Part shown: piece after piece, positions 19,378 through 31,712 of the stretch
How positions within the stretch are numbered: the first letter of the stretch is position 1
Layout of the letters: every line of letters starts with the position of its first letter
DNA from: an uncultured Nitrospiraceae bacterium
GTDB taxonomy: Bacteria; Nitrospirota; Thermodesulfovibrionia; Thermodesulfovibrionales; Dissulfurispiraceae
Assembly: GCA_963705105.1 (NCBI GenBank)
Contig: CAVPIW010000009.1
Location: forward strand, 64,001 to 128,000
DNA length: 64,000 nucleotides
Reading direction: 5' to 3'
The notes under the pieces: generated by a model
Told to the model about the DNA's origin: nothing
Seen by the model: only the letters and a program-made list of their open reading frames with translations
The model's database searches: none
Made by a program: the position numbers and the translations under genes

Positions 19378-19803
19378 TTAAAAAGACTCCCTTTCAAACT
19401 TGTCCATGAGTTCCTTCTTTTCCTGGCAATCACGGCATAAAATCGCGAAGGGGATCACCTTCAGCCGTTCTTCACTGATCGTATCTCCGCAATCCTCGCA
19501 GATACCGTAGGTCCCTTCGTCGATCTTCTTGAGGGCCGCGTCGATCTTGATGAGGGTCTCGCGGTGCGTGCTGAGCTGTTTCAGGCTGATGTCCTCGGAG
19601 AGGTCGACGACGGAGAGGTCCCCGTCATCCATGACGGTCTCCACAAGCTGCCTCTTTTCTCCGGAGATGTACTTCTTGATCTCCGCCTTGGAGTCTTTGA
19701 CGATCTTCTCACGCCGCTCTATGAGGGCCCTGCGCAGCCTTTCTCTTCTCTGCCTTTCCTCGTCTTCGGCTTTCTTTATATTTTTCTTGGAACGCTCTGC
19801 CAT
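19378..19803 (-). CDS. DksA/TraR-family zinc-finger protein
   Basis: Coiled coil with D.GDLS, GTYGICEDC...RL...C.DC. Confidence 0.9.
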   Translation of the reverse strand: MAERSKKNIKKAEDEERQRRERLRRALIERREKIVKDSKAEIKKYISGEKRQLVETVMDDGDLSVVDLSEDISLKQLSTHRETLIKIDAALKKIDEGTYGICEDCGDTISEERLKVIPFAILCRDCQEKKELMDKFERESF

Positions 19804-19872
19804 GACTCCTCCTCACCCGTCAACAGGTATGGTGCGGTCCCGGAATGCTCCGGCCCCGTATCAGCGCGACCG

Positions 19873-20034
19873 TCAGGCCGGGGACGCTTCCTCTGCGGGC
19901 GCCCCTGCCGCAATCTCTTCTTTGAAGACCTCCGTAATGCTCCTCACCTTGATGCCTGCCTGTTCCAGGGCTTTCTGTATATCCACCGCCTTTGCGTCGG
20001 TCACTTTCACGACGAAGTTACTGTTCTTTGCCAT
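19873..20034 (-). CDS. 53-aa small protein (MAKNSNFVVKVTDAKAVDIQKALEQAGIKVRSITEVFKEE...), below the ORF-track cutoff
   Basis: ATG 3 bp after the frr stop, GGAGG RBS, typical codon usage. Confidence 0.7.
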   Translation of the reverse strand: MAKNSNFVVKVTDAKAVDIQKALEQAGIKVRSITEVFKEEIAAGAPAEEASPA

Positions 20035-20037
20035 CGA

Positions 20038-20604
20038 TCAAACCTCCATGATCTCCTTTTCCTTATGCTGAAGGGTCTCTTCCACTTTCACGATGAACGA
20101 GTCCGTCACTTTCTGTATCTCGTCCTGAACCTTCTTCACCTCGTCCTCGCTGATGCTCTGTTCCTTCTCGGCTTTTTTCAGTTCTTCGATGACGTCCCGC
20201 CTGATGTTCCGGACGGCGACCCGCGCTTCTTCCGACCTCTTCTTCACGATCTTGACGAGCTGCTTTCTCCTCTCCTCCGTCAGGGGTGGGATGTTGAGCC
20301 TGATCGTCTTGCCGTCATTGCCTGGATTGATGCCGAGGTCGGACTTTTGGATCGCCTTCTCTATGACCGGTATGAGCTTCGGTTCCCAGGGCTGGATCGT
20401 GATCTGCCTGCTCTGCGGTATGCCCAGCGTCGCCACCTGCGGCAGCGGTGTCGGCGTGCCGTAATAATCGACGATGATGCCGTCCAGAAGGGCCAGGGAC
20501 GCCCTGCCGGTCCTGATCCCCGAGAAATCCTTCTTCAGTGATTCGATCGCAGCGTTCATCCTGTCGTTCGTCTTTTTCCTGTATTCCTGTTTCAATTCCT
20601 GCAT
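20038..20604 (-). CDS. frr: Ribosome recycling factor
   Basis: [23 protein letters not shown] motifs; follows pyrH. Confidence 0.96.
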   Translation of the reverse strand: MQELKQEYRKKTNDRMNAAIESLKKDFSGIRTGRASLALLDGIIVDYYGTPTPLPQVATLGIPQSRQITIQPWEPKLIPVIEKAIQKSDLGINPGNDGKTIRLNIPPLTEERRKQLVKIVKKRSEEARVAVRNIRRDVIEELKKAEKEQSISEDEVKKVQDEIQKVTDSFIVKVEETLQHKEKEIMEV

Positions 20605-20628
20605 ATCCGTTCTCCCTCTTTCAAGGAT

Positions 20629-21426
<798 letters not shown>

Positions 21427-21457
21427 TCAGCTCATCGCCCGGGCCGACCGGGATTGA

Positions 21458-22078
21458 TCACTCTTCCCGGGGCTCTGTTGTTTCTAACTTTTCGCCCAAC
21501 TGGAAGCGGACGAACCGCCTGATGACGATGTTCTCTCCCAGCTTCGCTATCTTCTCCGTGATGAGATCCTTGATCTTCTGCTTCTGCTCGGGGTCCTTGA
21601 CAAAGACCTGATCGAGGAGGCAGGTGTCGCTGAAATACTTGTCCAGCTTGCCCTCGACGATCTTTTCGACCACCTGGGCGGGCTTGTTCGTCACCTGCGA
21701 CCGGTATATCTCTTTCTCCTTCTCGATGATGTCGCCGGGCACGTCTTCCCTCGAAACATAGAGGGGGCTGGACGCCGCGATATGCATGGCCACATCCTTG
21801 ACGAGCTCCTTGAAATCGGGGGTGCGGGCGACGAAATCGGTCTCGCAGTTCACCTCGATGAGGACGCCGATCTTGTCCATATGGATATACGAACCGACAT
21901 TGCCCTCCGATGCGGTCCTGCTCGCCTTTTTCGCGGCCGTCGCCAGACCCTTCTGCCTCAGCACGGTGACCGCCTTCTCCAAGTCCCCGCTGCTTTCGGA
22001 CAGGGCGCGCTTGCAGTCCATGAGGCCGGCGCCGGTCTTCTCCCGCAGTTCCTTTACCATGTCAGCCGATATCGTCAT
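21458..22078 (-). CDS. tsf: Elongation factor Ts (short type)
   Basis: [15 protein letters not shown] and NCETDFVA motifs. Confidence 0.97.
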   Translation of the reverse strand: MTISADMVKELREKTGAGLMDCKRALSESSGDLEKAVTVLRQKGLATAAKKASRTASEGNVGSYIHMDKIGVLIEVNCETDFVARTPDFKELVKDVAMHIAASSPLYVSREDVPGDIIEKEKEIYRSQVTNKPAQVVEKIVEGKLDKYFSDTCLLDQVFVKDPEQKQKIKDLITEKIAKLGENIVIRRFVRFQLGEKLETTEPREE

Positions 22079-22845
22079 TGAGTAATCTCCTCTTTCATCT
22101 CATCCCCGGCCGCCTTCACCTCCGCCGCGACCTTCTCCAGCTCCGCCTCCCTGCTCTTTTCGAGGAGGCTCCTGCCCTCTCGTATCGCCTCGGACATCTT
22201 TGCGGACAGCAGCTTGATCGCCCGGATGGCGTCGTCATTTCCGGGAATAACATAATCCACCTCGTCAGGGTCGCAGTTCGTGTCGACAACGGCGACGATC
22301 GGTATTGACAGCCGGCGCGCCTCAGCAATTGCGATGCGCTCCTTCTTCGGGTCGATCACGAAAAGCGCCCCTGGCAGCGTCCCCATATCCTTTATGCCGA
22401 TGAGGTTCTTGTCCAGTTTCAGCCGCTCCTTTTCGAGCTTCGCAACTTCTTTCTTTGTGAGGACCGAGTACGTCCCGTCTTCCTTCATCGTCTCGATTTT
22501 TTTCAGTCTCTCGATGCTCTTCCTGACCGTCGTATAGTTGGTGAGCATGCCGCCGAGCCATCTGCTGTTGACGTAAAAGGAATTCGACTTCTTCGCCTCG
22601 TCGGCGATCGCGTCCTGGGCCTGCTTCTTCGTCCCGACAAAAAGGACCGGCGCTCCCGTCACCGCCACATTCCTGACGAAATTGTATGCATCCTCGATGC
22701 CTTTCACCGTCTTCTGGAGATCGACGATGTGGATGCCGTTCCTCTCGCCGAAGATGTACTTCTTCATCTTCGGATTCCAACGTTTTACCTGATGTCCGAA
22801 ATGGACACCCGACTCGAGCAACTCCTTCATTGTGACAACACCCAT
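22075..22845 (-). CDS. rpsB: 30S ribosomal protein S2
   Basis: [24 protein letters not shown] and PGNDDAIR motifs. Confidence 0.97.
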   Translation of the reverse strand: MGVVTMKELLESGVHFGHQVKRWNPKMKKYIFGERNGIHIVDLQKTVKGIEDAYNFVRNVAVTGAPVLFVGTKKQAQDAIADEAKKSNSFYVNSRWLGGMLTNYTTVRKSIERLKKIETMKEDGTYSVLTKKEVAKLEKERLKLDKNLIGIKDMGTLPGALFVIDPKKERIAIAEARRLSIPIVAVVDTNCDPDEVDYVIPGNDDAIRAIKLLSAKMSEAIREGRSLLEKSREAELEKVAAEVKAAGDEMKEEITQ

Positions 22846-22859
22846 GCTGTACTCCTCCT

Positions 22860-22935
22860 CTGGTTTGCCTCCGCCGTATTCCCCTTCACCCGTCTTCGCG
22901 GGACCACCGGGGAATCGCATTCAGGCGTGTGTTTT
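22860..22935 (-). promoter_or_regulatory. S2 (rpsB-tsf) autoregulatory leader
   Basis: ACACACGCC...CCGGTG...GGCGGAGGCAAACC pattern 5' of rpsB. Confidence 0.6.
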
Positions 22936-22984
22936 TGAATAGAAAAATTAGCATAAAGTATGCTGAATTATCAAGTGAACTCTA

Positions 22985-23163
22985 GATACGCCCTATCGAA
23001 AGGCGGGGCGTATGCTCCGAAAACCTTGATGCGGCGACACCATAACCGTTACGGAAGGCGACGTTTCAAGCCGATGATCGAAAAAGTGTTTACTGACACT
23101 GACACTCACACTGAAACTGTTTTTCAGAGCGCATACGCCCCGCCTTGTCATGCAACTGGGAAG
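22985..23163. mobile_element. Degenerate family-A MITE
   Basis: Both TIR cores present, interior matches 15807-16005; no clear TSD. Confidence 0.75.
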
Positions 23164-23170
23164 ACGAACC

Positions 23171-23845
23171 TCACAGCCGGCTGAATTTATCGAGGTCCTC
23201 GTTCTTCCCGATCAGGACGAGCAGGTCCCCGGCCGATACGGTATCGGTCGCGAGGGGGTTGAGGATCCACCGCTCCTTTTCGACTCCCCTTTCTCCCTCG
23301 GTCCTCTTAATTGCAATAACGCTTACACCATAGTTTCTCCTGAGCTGGCTTTCTCTCAGGGTCTTTCCGGCAAGCATCCCCGGCGCGGGCAGCTCGACGA
23401 TACTGAAATCCGGCGAAAGCTCGAGCTGCTCGACGATGCCCGGCCTGATCAGGCTCTGGGCGATCCTGATCGCCATGTCGCGTTCGGGATAGACGATCCT
23501 GTCGACTTTGAGGTTCTCAAGAACCCTTCCGTGGAGCTGCGTGACGGCTTTTGCCACGATGTTCTTCACGCCAATCTCCTTGAGGATCATGACGACGAGG
23601 ATGCTCGCCTCGATGTTTTCGCCGATGCTCACGACGGCGACATCGACGTTCTGGACGCCCACGGACCGGAGTGCCTTGTCGTCCATGGCATCGAGGACGA
23701 CGGCATAAGTAACGAGGTCGGCAAGGGCCTTCACCCTCTCCTCGTCATTGTCGATGGCAATGACTTCACAGTCCATTTCAGCCAATGTTTTCGCAACGGA
23801 ATATCCGAATCTCCCGAGCCCGATAACGGCATACTGCTTATTCAT
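23171..23845 (-). CDS. ktrA: Ktr/Trk K+ uptake NAD-binding subunit
   Basis: VIGLGRFG, TrkA-N/C domains, YPERDMA. Confidence 0.88.
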   Translation of the reverse strand: MNKQYAVIGLGRFGYSVAKTLAEMDCEVIAIDNDEERVKALADLVTYAVVLDAMDDKALRSVGVQNVDVAVVSIGENIEASILVVMILKEIGVKNIVAKAVTQLHGRVLENLKVDRIVYPERDMAIRIAQSLIRPGIVEQLELSPDFSIVELPAPGMLAGKTLRESQLRRNYGVSVIAIKRTEGERGVEKERWILNPLATDTVSAGDLLVLIGKNEDLDKFSRL

Positions 23846-25182
23846 CCCAGGATAACCCTCCCTTCAGGGTATCTGAATCGTTCCTCTGTTTTTCTGATGA
23901 GGGCGACGCCCACTGTCAGCGGTCCCAGCCTGCCGGCGAACATGGTGAGGCTGATCATGATTTTGCCGAATGGTGTAAAGAGTGCCGAAAGGCTCCTCAC
24001 CCCTCCGTCCCCGATGGAGAGGCCGACCGTTCCAAAGGCGGACGTCACTTCAAATAACGTTGAGAGGTATTTCGTGTCCTCTCCCCTGATAATGTTGAAG
24101 GTGACCACGACGACAAGGATGAAGGCAAGCGTGATGAGTAAAAAAGCCCTTGACACGACATCCTGCGAGATCCTGCGTCTGAACATCACCGTGTCCCTCC
24201 TGCTCCGGAGCGTCGCCCAGAGGGCCATGATCATGACAGCGAAAGTCGATGTCTTCACTCCTCCTCCGGTGCTGCCGGGCGACGCCCCGATGAACATGAG
24301 AATGATTGTCAGGAACAGCGTATCCAGCCGCAGCGTCGAGTAATCGACGGTATTGAACCCGGCAGTCCGCGGGGTGACCGATGCGAAATAGGAGACGAGG
24401 ATCTGTTCCCGGAGGGTCATCTGCCCGAAGGTAAGAGGATTGCCGAGCTCAAAGAGAAAGATGATGACCGCTCCGGCGACGATGAGGATCGCCGTCGTCG
24501 TCAGGACGACCTTTGAATGAAAGGAGAGCTTCAGGACCCTCTTCCGCGCAAAGGCATAGACATCGCTGATGACGATGAACCCGATCCCGCCCAGGATGAT
24601 GAGGCTCGTGATGACGAGGTTGATGATGATGTCCCCCCGGTATTTCATCAGGTTCTCCGAGAAAGTGCTGAAACCGGCGTTGTTGAAGGCGGAGACGGCG
24701 TGGAAAAGGCCGTAGAAAAAGGCTTCACCAAGCGGATAGTCGAGAGAGAAACGAAGGCTCAGCAACAAAGCGCCGGTCAGTTCAAAGAGAACGGTGATGA
24801 GAAGCACCGCTTTGGTGAACCGTACGACACCCTCCAGACTGAGGACATTGAGGGCCTCCTTCATGATGAGGCGCTCGCCGAGCCCGATCCTCTTGCCGAT
24901 CATCAGGGAGATGATCGTCGCCGATGTCATGTATCCGAGACCGCCGAACTGGATGAGGAGCATGATGATAATCTGGCCGGCTGTCGTAAATTCGTTGGGC
25001 GTATCCAGCACGATAAGACCGGTGACGCAGACTGCCGACGTCGATGTAAAGAGGGCGTCGACGAAGGATATGCCCTTCGGGGTCGAAAAGGGGAGCATGA
25101 GAAGCCCCGTTCCCGTGAGGATGATCGCAAGAAACCCGATGACGAGGATCTGGGAGGGATTGAGCTTCTTCGTCAAACCCAT
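23842..25182 (-). CDS. ktrB: Ktr/Trk K+ uptake membrane subunit
   Basis: SAVCVTGL, SAFNNAGF, RTAGFN, GSTGGG and SAFGTVGLS P-loops. Confidence 0.9.
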   Translation of the reverse strand: MGLTKKLNPSQILVIGFLAIILTGTGLLMLPFSTPKGISFVDALFTSTSAVCVTGLIVLDTPNEFTTAGQIIIMLLIQFGGLGYMTSATIISLMIGKRIGLGERLIMKEALNVLSLEGVVRFTKAVLLITVLFELTGALLLSLRFSLDYPLGEAFFYGLFHAVSAFNNAGFSTFSENLMKYRGDIIINLVITSLIILGGIGFIVISDVYAFARKRVLKLSFHSKVVLTTTAILIVAGAVIIFLFELGNPLTFGQMTLREQILVSYFASVTPRTAGFNTVDYSTLRLDTLFLTIILMFIGASPGSTGGGVKTSTFAVMIMALWATLRSRRDTVMFRRRISQDVVSRAFLLITLAFILVVVVTFNIIRGEDTKYLSTLFEVTSAFGTVGLSIGDGGVRSLSALFTPFGKIMISLTMFAGRLGPLTVGVALIRKTEERFRYPEGRVILG

Positions 25183-25187
25183 CGTTG

Positions 25188-26041
25188 TCAGTCCGTCGGG
25201 ATGCTGACCATCCCGCGCCTGACGGAGTCGGCGACGCGTGCCACCCTGGCCATCTCCCTGACGTCGTGCACCCTCACGATATGGGCGCCGTTGAAGATCG
25301 AAATCGCGACGGCAGCCGCCGTGCCTTCCAGTCGCTCCGAAGGAGGGGCGTCACCGAGGATCTTTCCGAGGAAGGCCTTCCGCGATACGCCGATGACGAT
25401 GGGGTGTCCCAGTTTGAGAAACTCGCCTAGGTCCCGGATGATCTGCAGGTTATGGTCGAAGGTCTTGCCGAAGCCGATGCCGGGGTCGATCATGACCATG
25501 CCGGGGGGAATGCCTGCCCTCGCGGCGATCGCGATGCTTTCCCTGAGGTATGCGGTGACCTCCGGAATGAGCGCTTCGTAGGTGGGATTCACCTGCATGA
25601 CCTTCGGCTTGCCCCTGATGTGCATGACGATGACGGGCACACCGGCGCGGGCGACGACGTCCGCCATCTCCGGATCGAACCGGAGGCCGCTGATGTCGTT
25701 CACCATGGAGGCGCCGGCGTCGAGGGCCTGCCGCGCCACGTCGGCCTTGCAGGTATCGATCGATACGGGAACGGAGACGGCCCGCGAGACGGCCCTGATG
25801 ACGGGGATGGTGCGCCGGAGCTCCTCGTCCCGACTCACGGGGTCGGACCCGGGCCTTGTCGATTCTCCGCCGATGTCGATGATGTCGGCGCCTTCTTCGG
25901 CGAGCCTCAGGGCATGTGCGACGGCGACTTCGCCGTCAAAGAAGAGGCCGCCGTCGGAGAAGGAGTCGGGGGTGGTGTTCACCACTCCCATGATGTGGGT
26001 CCTGGCTGTGAGGTTAAGGGAAAAGCTCCGCCATGACAGGA

Positions 26042-26045
<4 letters not shown>
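25188..26045 (-). CDS. folP: Dihydropteroate synthase
   Basis: [28 protein letters not shown] and RVHDV motifs. Confidence 0.96.
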
Positions 26046-27853
<1,808 letters not shown>

Positions 27854-27857
27854 AGCC

Positions 27858-28589
27858 TCAGTATTTTAACATATTTTCTTTCAGCATCTCCTGCTGAATT
27901 TTGATGAGATCGAGGTTCCCCTTTTCCGCGAGGGAGAGCATGACGTCGAGCTGGGGCAGTGAGAACGGTGTCGTTTCGGCGGTCCCCTGGATCTCGACGA
28001 AGTGGCCGCTGCCCGTCATGACGACGTTCATGTCCACCTCTGCGGCCGAGTCCTCGGCATAGCAGAGGTCGAGCCGTGGTTCGCCGCTGACGATGCCGAC
28101 ACTGACGGCGGCGAGATGATCACGTATGGGGTTCCTCGCTATCGCGCCCCGCTTCAGCGCCTGGCGGAAAGCGTCGCTGAGGGCGATGAAGGCACCGGTG
28201 ATCGAGGCGGTCCTCGTGCCTCCGTCGGCCTGGATCACGTCGCAGTCGACCCAGGCCGTGCGCTCGCCGAAGGCCGTGAGGTCGACGACGGCCCGGAGCG
28301 CCCTGCCGATGAGCCTCTGGATCTCCTGGGTCCGTCCGCCGAGACGGCCCGACGTCGCCTCCCGCATCGTCCGCGTGTGCGTTGCACGGGGGATCATGCC
28401 GTATTCGGCCGTCACCCAGCCCCTCTTCTGATCTCTCATAAAGAAGGGGACCTTTTCCTCGATCGTCGCCGTACAGATCACCTTCGTGTTGCCGATCTCG
28501 ATCAGCACCGATCCTTCGGCATACTGTATGTAGTTCCTCGTGACCGACACCTTTCTCAGTTCATCGTTCTTTCTTCCGTCAGGCCTCAT
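27858..28589 (-). CDS. rph: Ribonuclease PH
   Basis: [16 protein letters not shown] and VEIQGTAE motifs. Confidence 0.96.
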   Translation of the reverse strand: MRPDGRKNDELRKVSVTRNYIQYAEGSVLIEIGNTKVICTATIEEKVPFFMRDQKRGWVTAEYGMIPRATHTRTMREATSGRLGGRTQEIQRLIGRALRAVVDLTAFGERTAWVDCDVIQADGGTRTASITGAFIALSDAFRQALKRGAIARNPIRDHLAAVSVGIVSGEPRLDLCYAEDSAAEVDMNVVMTGSGHFVEIQGTAETTPFSLPQLDVMLSLAEKGNLDLIKIQQEMLKENMLKY

Positions 28590-29410
28590 GATCCCTCTTT
28601 TCCTTTCAGTTTGATCGACAGCACGTCTCCCATCCTCTGTTCCAGGAACCGCTCACCGACGACGGCGAATTTTTCAGGCGAGTCGGTGACGAAGAACCTC
28701 CTGGCCGGGCGCTCCTCCGACCGGTTTTCCAACCCCGCCCCGGCGAGCACATCACGGACGACCCGCGCCGTCTCGACGGCTGAATCGATCAGGGCCACAT
28801 CACCCAGCACCTCCTGAATGACCTTCTTCAGCAGGGGGTAGTGCGTGCATCCGAGAACGATGGCATCGATGCCGATCTCCTTCAGATGTGCAAGATAACG
28901 CTCCGCCACCATCGTCGCAATGGGACCGTCCGTCCACCCCTCCTCGACGAGGGGAACGAAAAGAGGGCAGGGCTTTGCAACGACCTCTATGTCCGCGTCG
29001 ATCGCCTGGATCGCCCTGATATAGGCGCCGCTCCTGATCGTCGCCTCGGTGCCGATGACCCCGACCCGCTTGACCTTCGTCCTTGCCGTCGCAGTCTTCG
29101 CGCCCGGCTCGATCACACCGATGACGGGAATGGGGACCCGCTGGCGGATCTCCTGCAGGCAGATGGCCGACACGGTGTTGCAGGCCACAACGAGGAGCTT
29201 GATGTTCTGGCTCAGCAGAAAGTCGGTGCACTCGAACGAATACTGGGTCACCGTGTCCGCCGACCTCGTGCCGTAGGGAACCCGTGCCGTGTCGCCGAAA
29301 TAGACGATGCCCTCGTACGGCAGGATACTGCTCACCTCCTTGAAAACGGTGAGTCCGCCGATACCCGAGTCGAAGATGCCGACGGATTGATCCCTGACAT
29401 CCCGGCCCAC
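28586..29410 (-). CDS. murI: Glutamate racemase
   Basis: FDSGIGG, ACNT and LGCTHYP motifs. Confidence 0.96.
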   Translation of the reverse strand: MGRDVRDQSVGIFDSGIGGLTVFKEVSSILPYEGIVYFGDTARVPYGTRSADTVTQYSFECTDFLLSQNIKLLVVACNTVSAICLQEIRQRVPIPVIGVIEPGAKTATARTKVKRVGVIGTEATIRSGAYIRAIQAIDADIEVVAKPCPLFVPLVEEGWTDGPIATMVAERYLAHLKEIGIDAIVLGCTHYPLLKKVIQEVLGDVALIDSAVETARVVRDVLAGAGLENRSEERPARRFFVTDSPEKFAVVGERFLEQRMGDVLSIKLKGKEGS

Positions 29411-29412
29411 TC

Positions 29413-30018
29413 CTATCCCCCTCCCTGTTTCACCGTCTCACGGAGCGGGTGAAGGGCGAAGAAATGTCCGCCGATGCTTTCGACCTCTTCTCCTTCGATC
29501 AGTATCTTGACGTTTTCCATACCCGTGACATTCGACGCAAGGGTGTCGAGCATCGATTTGAGGAAAAAAAACTCGTCCGCCGCATCACCCCGGAAGTGCC
29601 GCCTTATGTCGTCCGAGAGGTTCACATAGAGCATGCCCTCGCTGTCACGATATATGCCGAGCACCTTCGTGTCCCGCATCCCCTCGCGGAGCCCTTTCAG
29701 GTACTCCGAGAGCACGGCTTCCGCCATCTTGAGAGGATGCTGATGGGCTCTGACGGTCGCGACAGTGGCGGAAACGCCGCCGTCGGCGGGCAGGAATATG
29801 CGCACCGAGACGGTGTCGGCCGCCCCCGGTGCAGGAGCTTTCGCCTGCCCCGCGTCCTCCCCGGGCGCCTTTGAGACAGGGGACTCATCGTCCTGGCCGA
29901 AATAGTACTTCGTCGCCACCCATCCGGCGACGACGGCTGCGACGAGCACAACGGCTGCGATCAGGACAGTCCTGACGCTGATGCCGTTCTTCTGTGGTCC
30001 TTTTCCCGATGTGTTCAT
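29413..30018 (-). CDS. GerMN-domain membrane-anchored protein
   Basis: N-terminal TM, VKILIEG....IGGH; lies between amidase and murI. Confidence 0.8.
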   Translation of the reverse strand: MNTSGKGPQKNGISVRTVLIAAVVLVAAVVAGWVATKYYFGQDDESPVSKAPGEDAGQAKAPAPGAADTVSVRIFLPADGGVSATVATVRAHQHPLKMAEAVLSEYLKGLREGMRDTKVLGIYRDSEGMLYVNLSDDIRRHFRGDAADEFFFLKSMLDTLASNVTGMENVKILIEGEEVESIGGHFFALHPLRETVKQGGG

Positions 30019-30066
30019 CGTATCTTTACAATACACGAGGCACCGGAAAAAATCGATCAGGCGGGG

Positions 30067-31227
30067 TCAGAGGGAACTCGCGATCGCCTGTATGAGCCGG
30101 GCTTTCGCCGCCTCGTCATACTTGAAAAGGTCCGGAGAGGGCAGTTCGATGAGAAGGGCCGGGGTCTGCACCCGGCTCAGCATCGGCAGGGGCAGCTTCT
30201 CCTGCCGCACCGTCAGGTTGAGGTCGCGCTTGAGGTTTTGCACGATGTTGCCGGTGACCGTCGTTTCAATCCCCCTGCCCGCGGCCGTCTTCGTCTCCTG
30301 GCGCTCGTTTGCGGCCTCGCCGCCATCGCCTGCAGGCGCCGTAAAGACGACGACATCGCCCCTCCGCGAGAGATGGAGGCTGATGACCATGTCAGGCGCC
30401 GCCCTGCGCACCAACCGGATCCTCTCCTTGAGGGGGAGTCTCTGGTCTCCCTTTCGGGTCAGCTGGACGCGCTTCCCCTTTTTCGTCAGGGCCTGGGAAA
30501 GGTCTTTCGAAAGGGCAAGTACGAGGTTTTTTTCCATGAAACCCTCACCCTGGAGGCCGTGGTCGACCCCCCCGTGGCCGGCGTCGATGACGACAGTTTT
30601 CGGCGAAGGCGGCGCTTCGGGCTGCGGCGGAGCAGCGGCGGGCTTTTCCGGCTGTGCCTGCTGGGGAGGCTGGACGGGCGCCCCGGTATAGACATCGATG
30701 ACGAGCCTCGGCGGCGTCGTCAGTCTCGACACGGAATGGGTGCTCATTTGGTTAAACATGATCGTGCACCTGTCCTCGGAGGCGATGATCGTGACGCCGG
30801 GCCCCATTTCCGTCTGCACATTTTTTCCGAGGGGACCTTTCCTTTCGGTCATGAATTCGACGGGCCGCGGGAAGATGACCTGGAGAACCGGTCCTGTCAT
30901 GCGTTTGACCGACGCCTGCTGTGTCACGCTGTCGGAAGCGATGAAAACAATGCGGACGAAATCCACGTGGCGGCCCGTCCGGACGATGACACGGTTGTCC
31001 TCCTGGGCGGCGGCCCCTCCGGCAAGGAGAGCGAAAATGCAGAGCGATACTTTTACGGCATAAAAAGACGGGGCAAAGTGCCTCAACGCCTTGCCGATAG
31101 CGACATTGATCATTCTAAGTTCGTGTATCAGGATTTCGTCCTTTGTGGCATCGACCGTCTGCCTGAAATGGTCTTTATGCGAAGGCAAAGGTGTCGCAGC
31201 ACCAGGGCTATCCGGCACCTTCGCCAC
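30067..31227 (-). CDS. N-acetylmuramoyl-L-alanine amidase; 5' end overlaps a MITE, start uncertain
   Basis: PPRLVIDV (AMIN-like), VVIDAGHGG, EK, ISLH and LIE motifs. Confidence 0.85.
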   Translation of the reverse strand: MAKVPDSPGAATPLPSHKDHFRQTVDATKDEILIHELRMINVAIGKALRHFAPSFYAVKVSLCIFALLAGGAAAQEDNRVIVRTGRHVDFVRIVFIASDSVTQQASVKRMTGPVLQVIFPRPVEFMTERKGPLGKNVQTEMGPGVTIIASEDRCTIMFNQMSTHSVSRLTTPPRLVIDVYTGAPVQPPQQAQPEKPAAAPPQPEAPPSPKTVVIDAGHGGVDHGLQGEGFMEKNLVLALSKDLSQALTKKGKRVQLTRKGDQRLPLKERIRLVRRAAPDMVISLHLSRRGDVVVFTAPAGDGGEAANERQETKTAAGRGIETTVTGNIVQNLKRDLNLTVRQEKLPLPMLSRVQTPALLIELPSPDLFKYDEAAKARLIQAIASSL

Positions 31228-31258
31228 GCCTTTTGGGAGGGCTTGTGCAACAATGCGG
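31049..31258. mobile_element. Family-A MITE over the amidase 5' end
   Basis: GCATAAAAAGACGGGGCAAAGTGCCTCAA...GCCTTTTGGG..GTGCAACAATGCGG. Confidence 0.7.
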
Positions 31259-31373
31259 TTGAAACATCATGAAAAGGCAGGGCTTCGTACCTCAAAATCT
31301 TTTCGGATCAGACATTGATTATTCCGGTTATGCCGGGTGTTCAGAAAGCATACACAATGATTCCGCTATCTTT

Positions 31374-31548
31374 CAAGCTCGATGGATTGGAAAAAAGTCG
31401 TCATCCCCGGCAAAGCCTGTCCCCGCGGATAGTAAGCGGGAAGCAGGTATCCGGACCGCAGGAAAGGGACTCAAAATGCCGCATTCCCGTCTGCACGGGA
31501 ATGACGGACAAGCATCTGTCAGGCTTTCTTGCGAGGTTGTCATGCTTG
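31374..31548. repeat. Inverted-repeat element enclosing a GTCAT...GGGAATGAC palindromic repeat (31399-31506)
   Basis: Imperfect outer IR CAAGC..GATGG..AAAAAGTC / GGCTTTCTTGCGAGGTTGTC..GCTTG; inner ATTCCCGTCTGCACGGGAATGAC hairpin. Confidence 0.6.
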
Positions 31549-31579
31549 CAAAAGGAGAGCGGATTCGATTACAATTGAA

Positions 31580-31598
31580 ATTGAGACTTAATCTCATT
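31580..31598 (+). promoter_or_regulatory. Fur-box-like operator of the feoB-fur operon
   Basis: 7-1-7 IR TGAGACT-T-AATCTCA just after TTGCAA-N18-TACAAT. Confidence 0.65.
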
Positions 31599-31712
31599 TG
31601 ATTTTTGAATCGGATCGTAAGGACAGGGCGAAAATGCCACGACAGAAGCCATTGATGGAAAACGAACCATTCCTTCACTCACACTTGCACTCTCACAGGC
31701 ACTGACGCTGCT

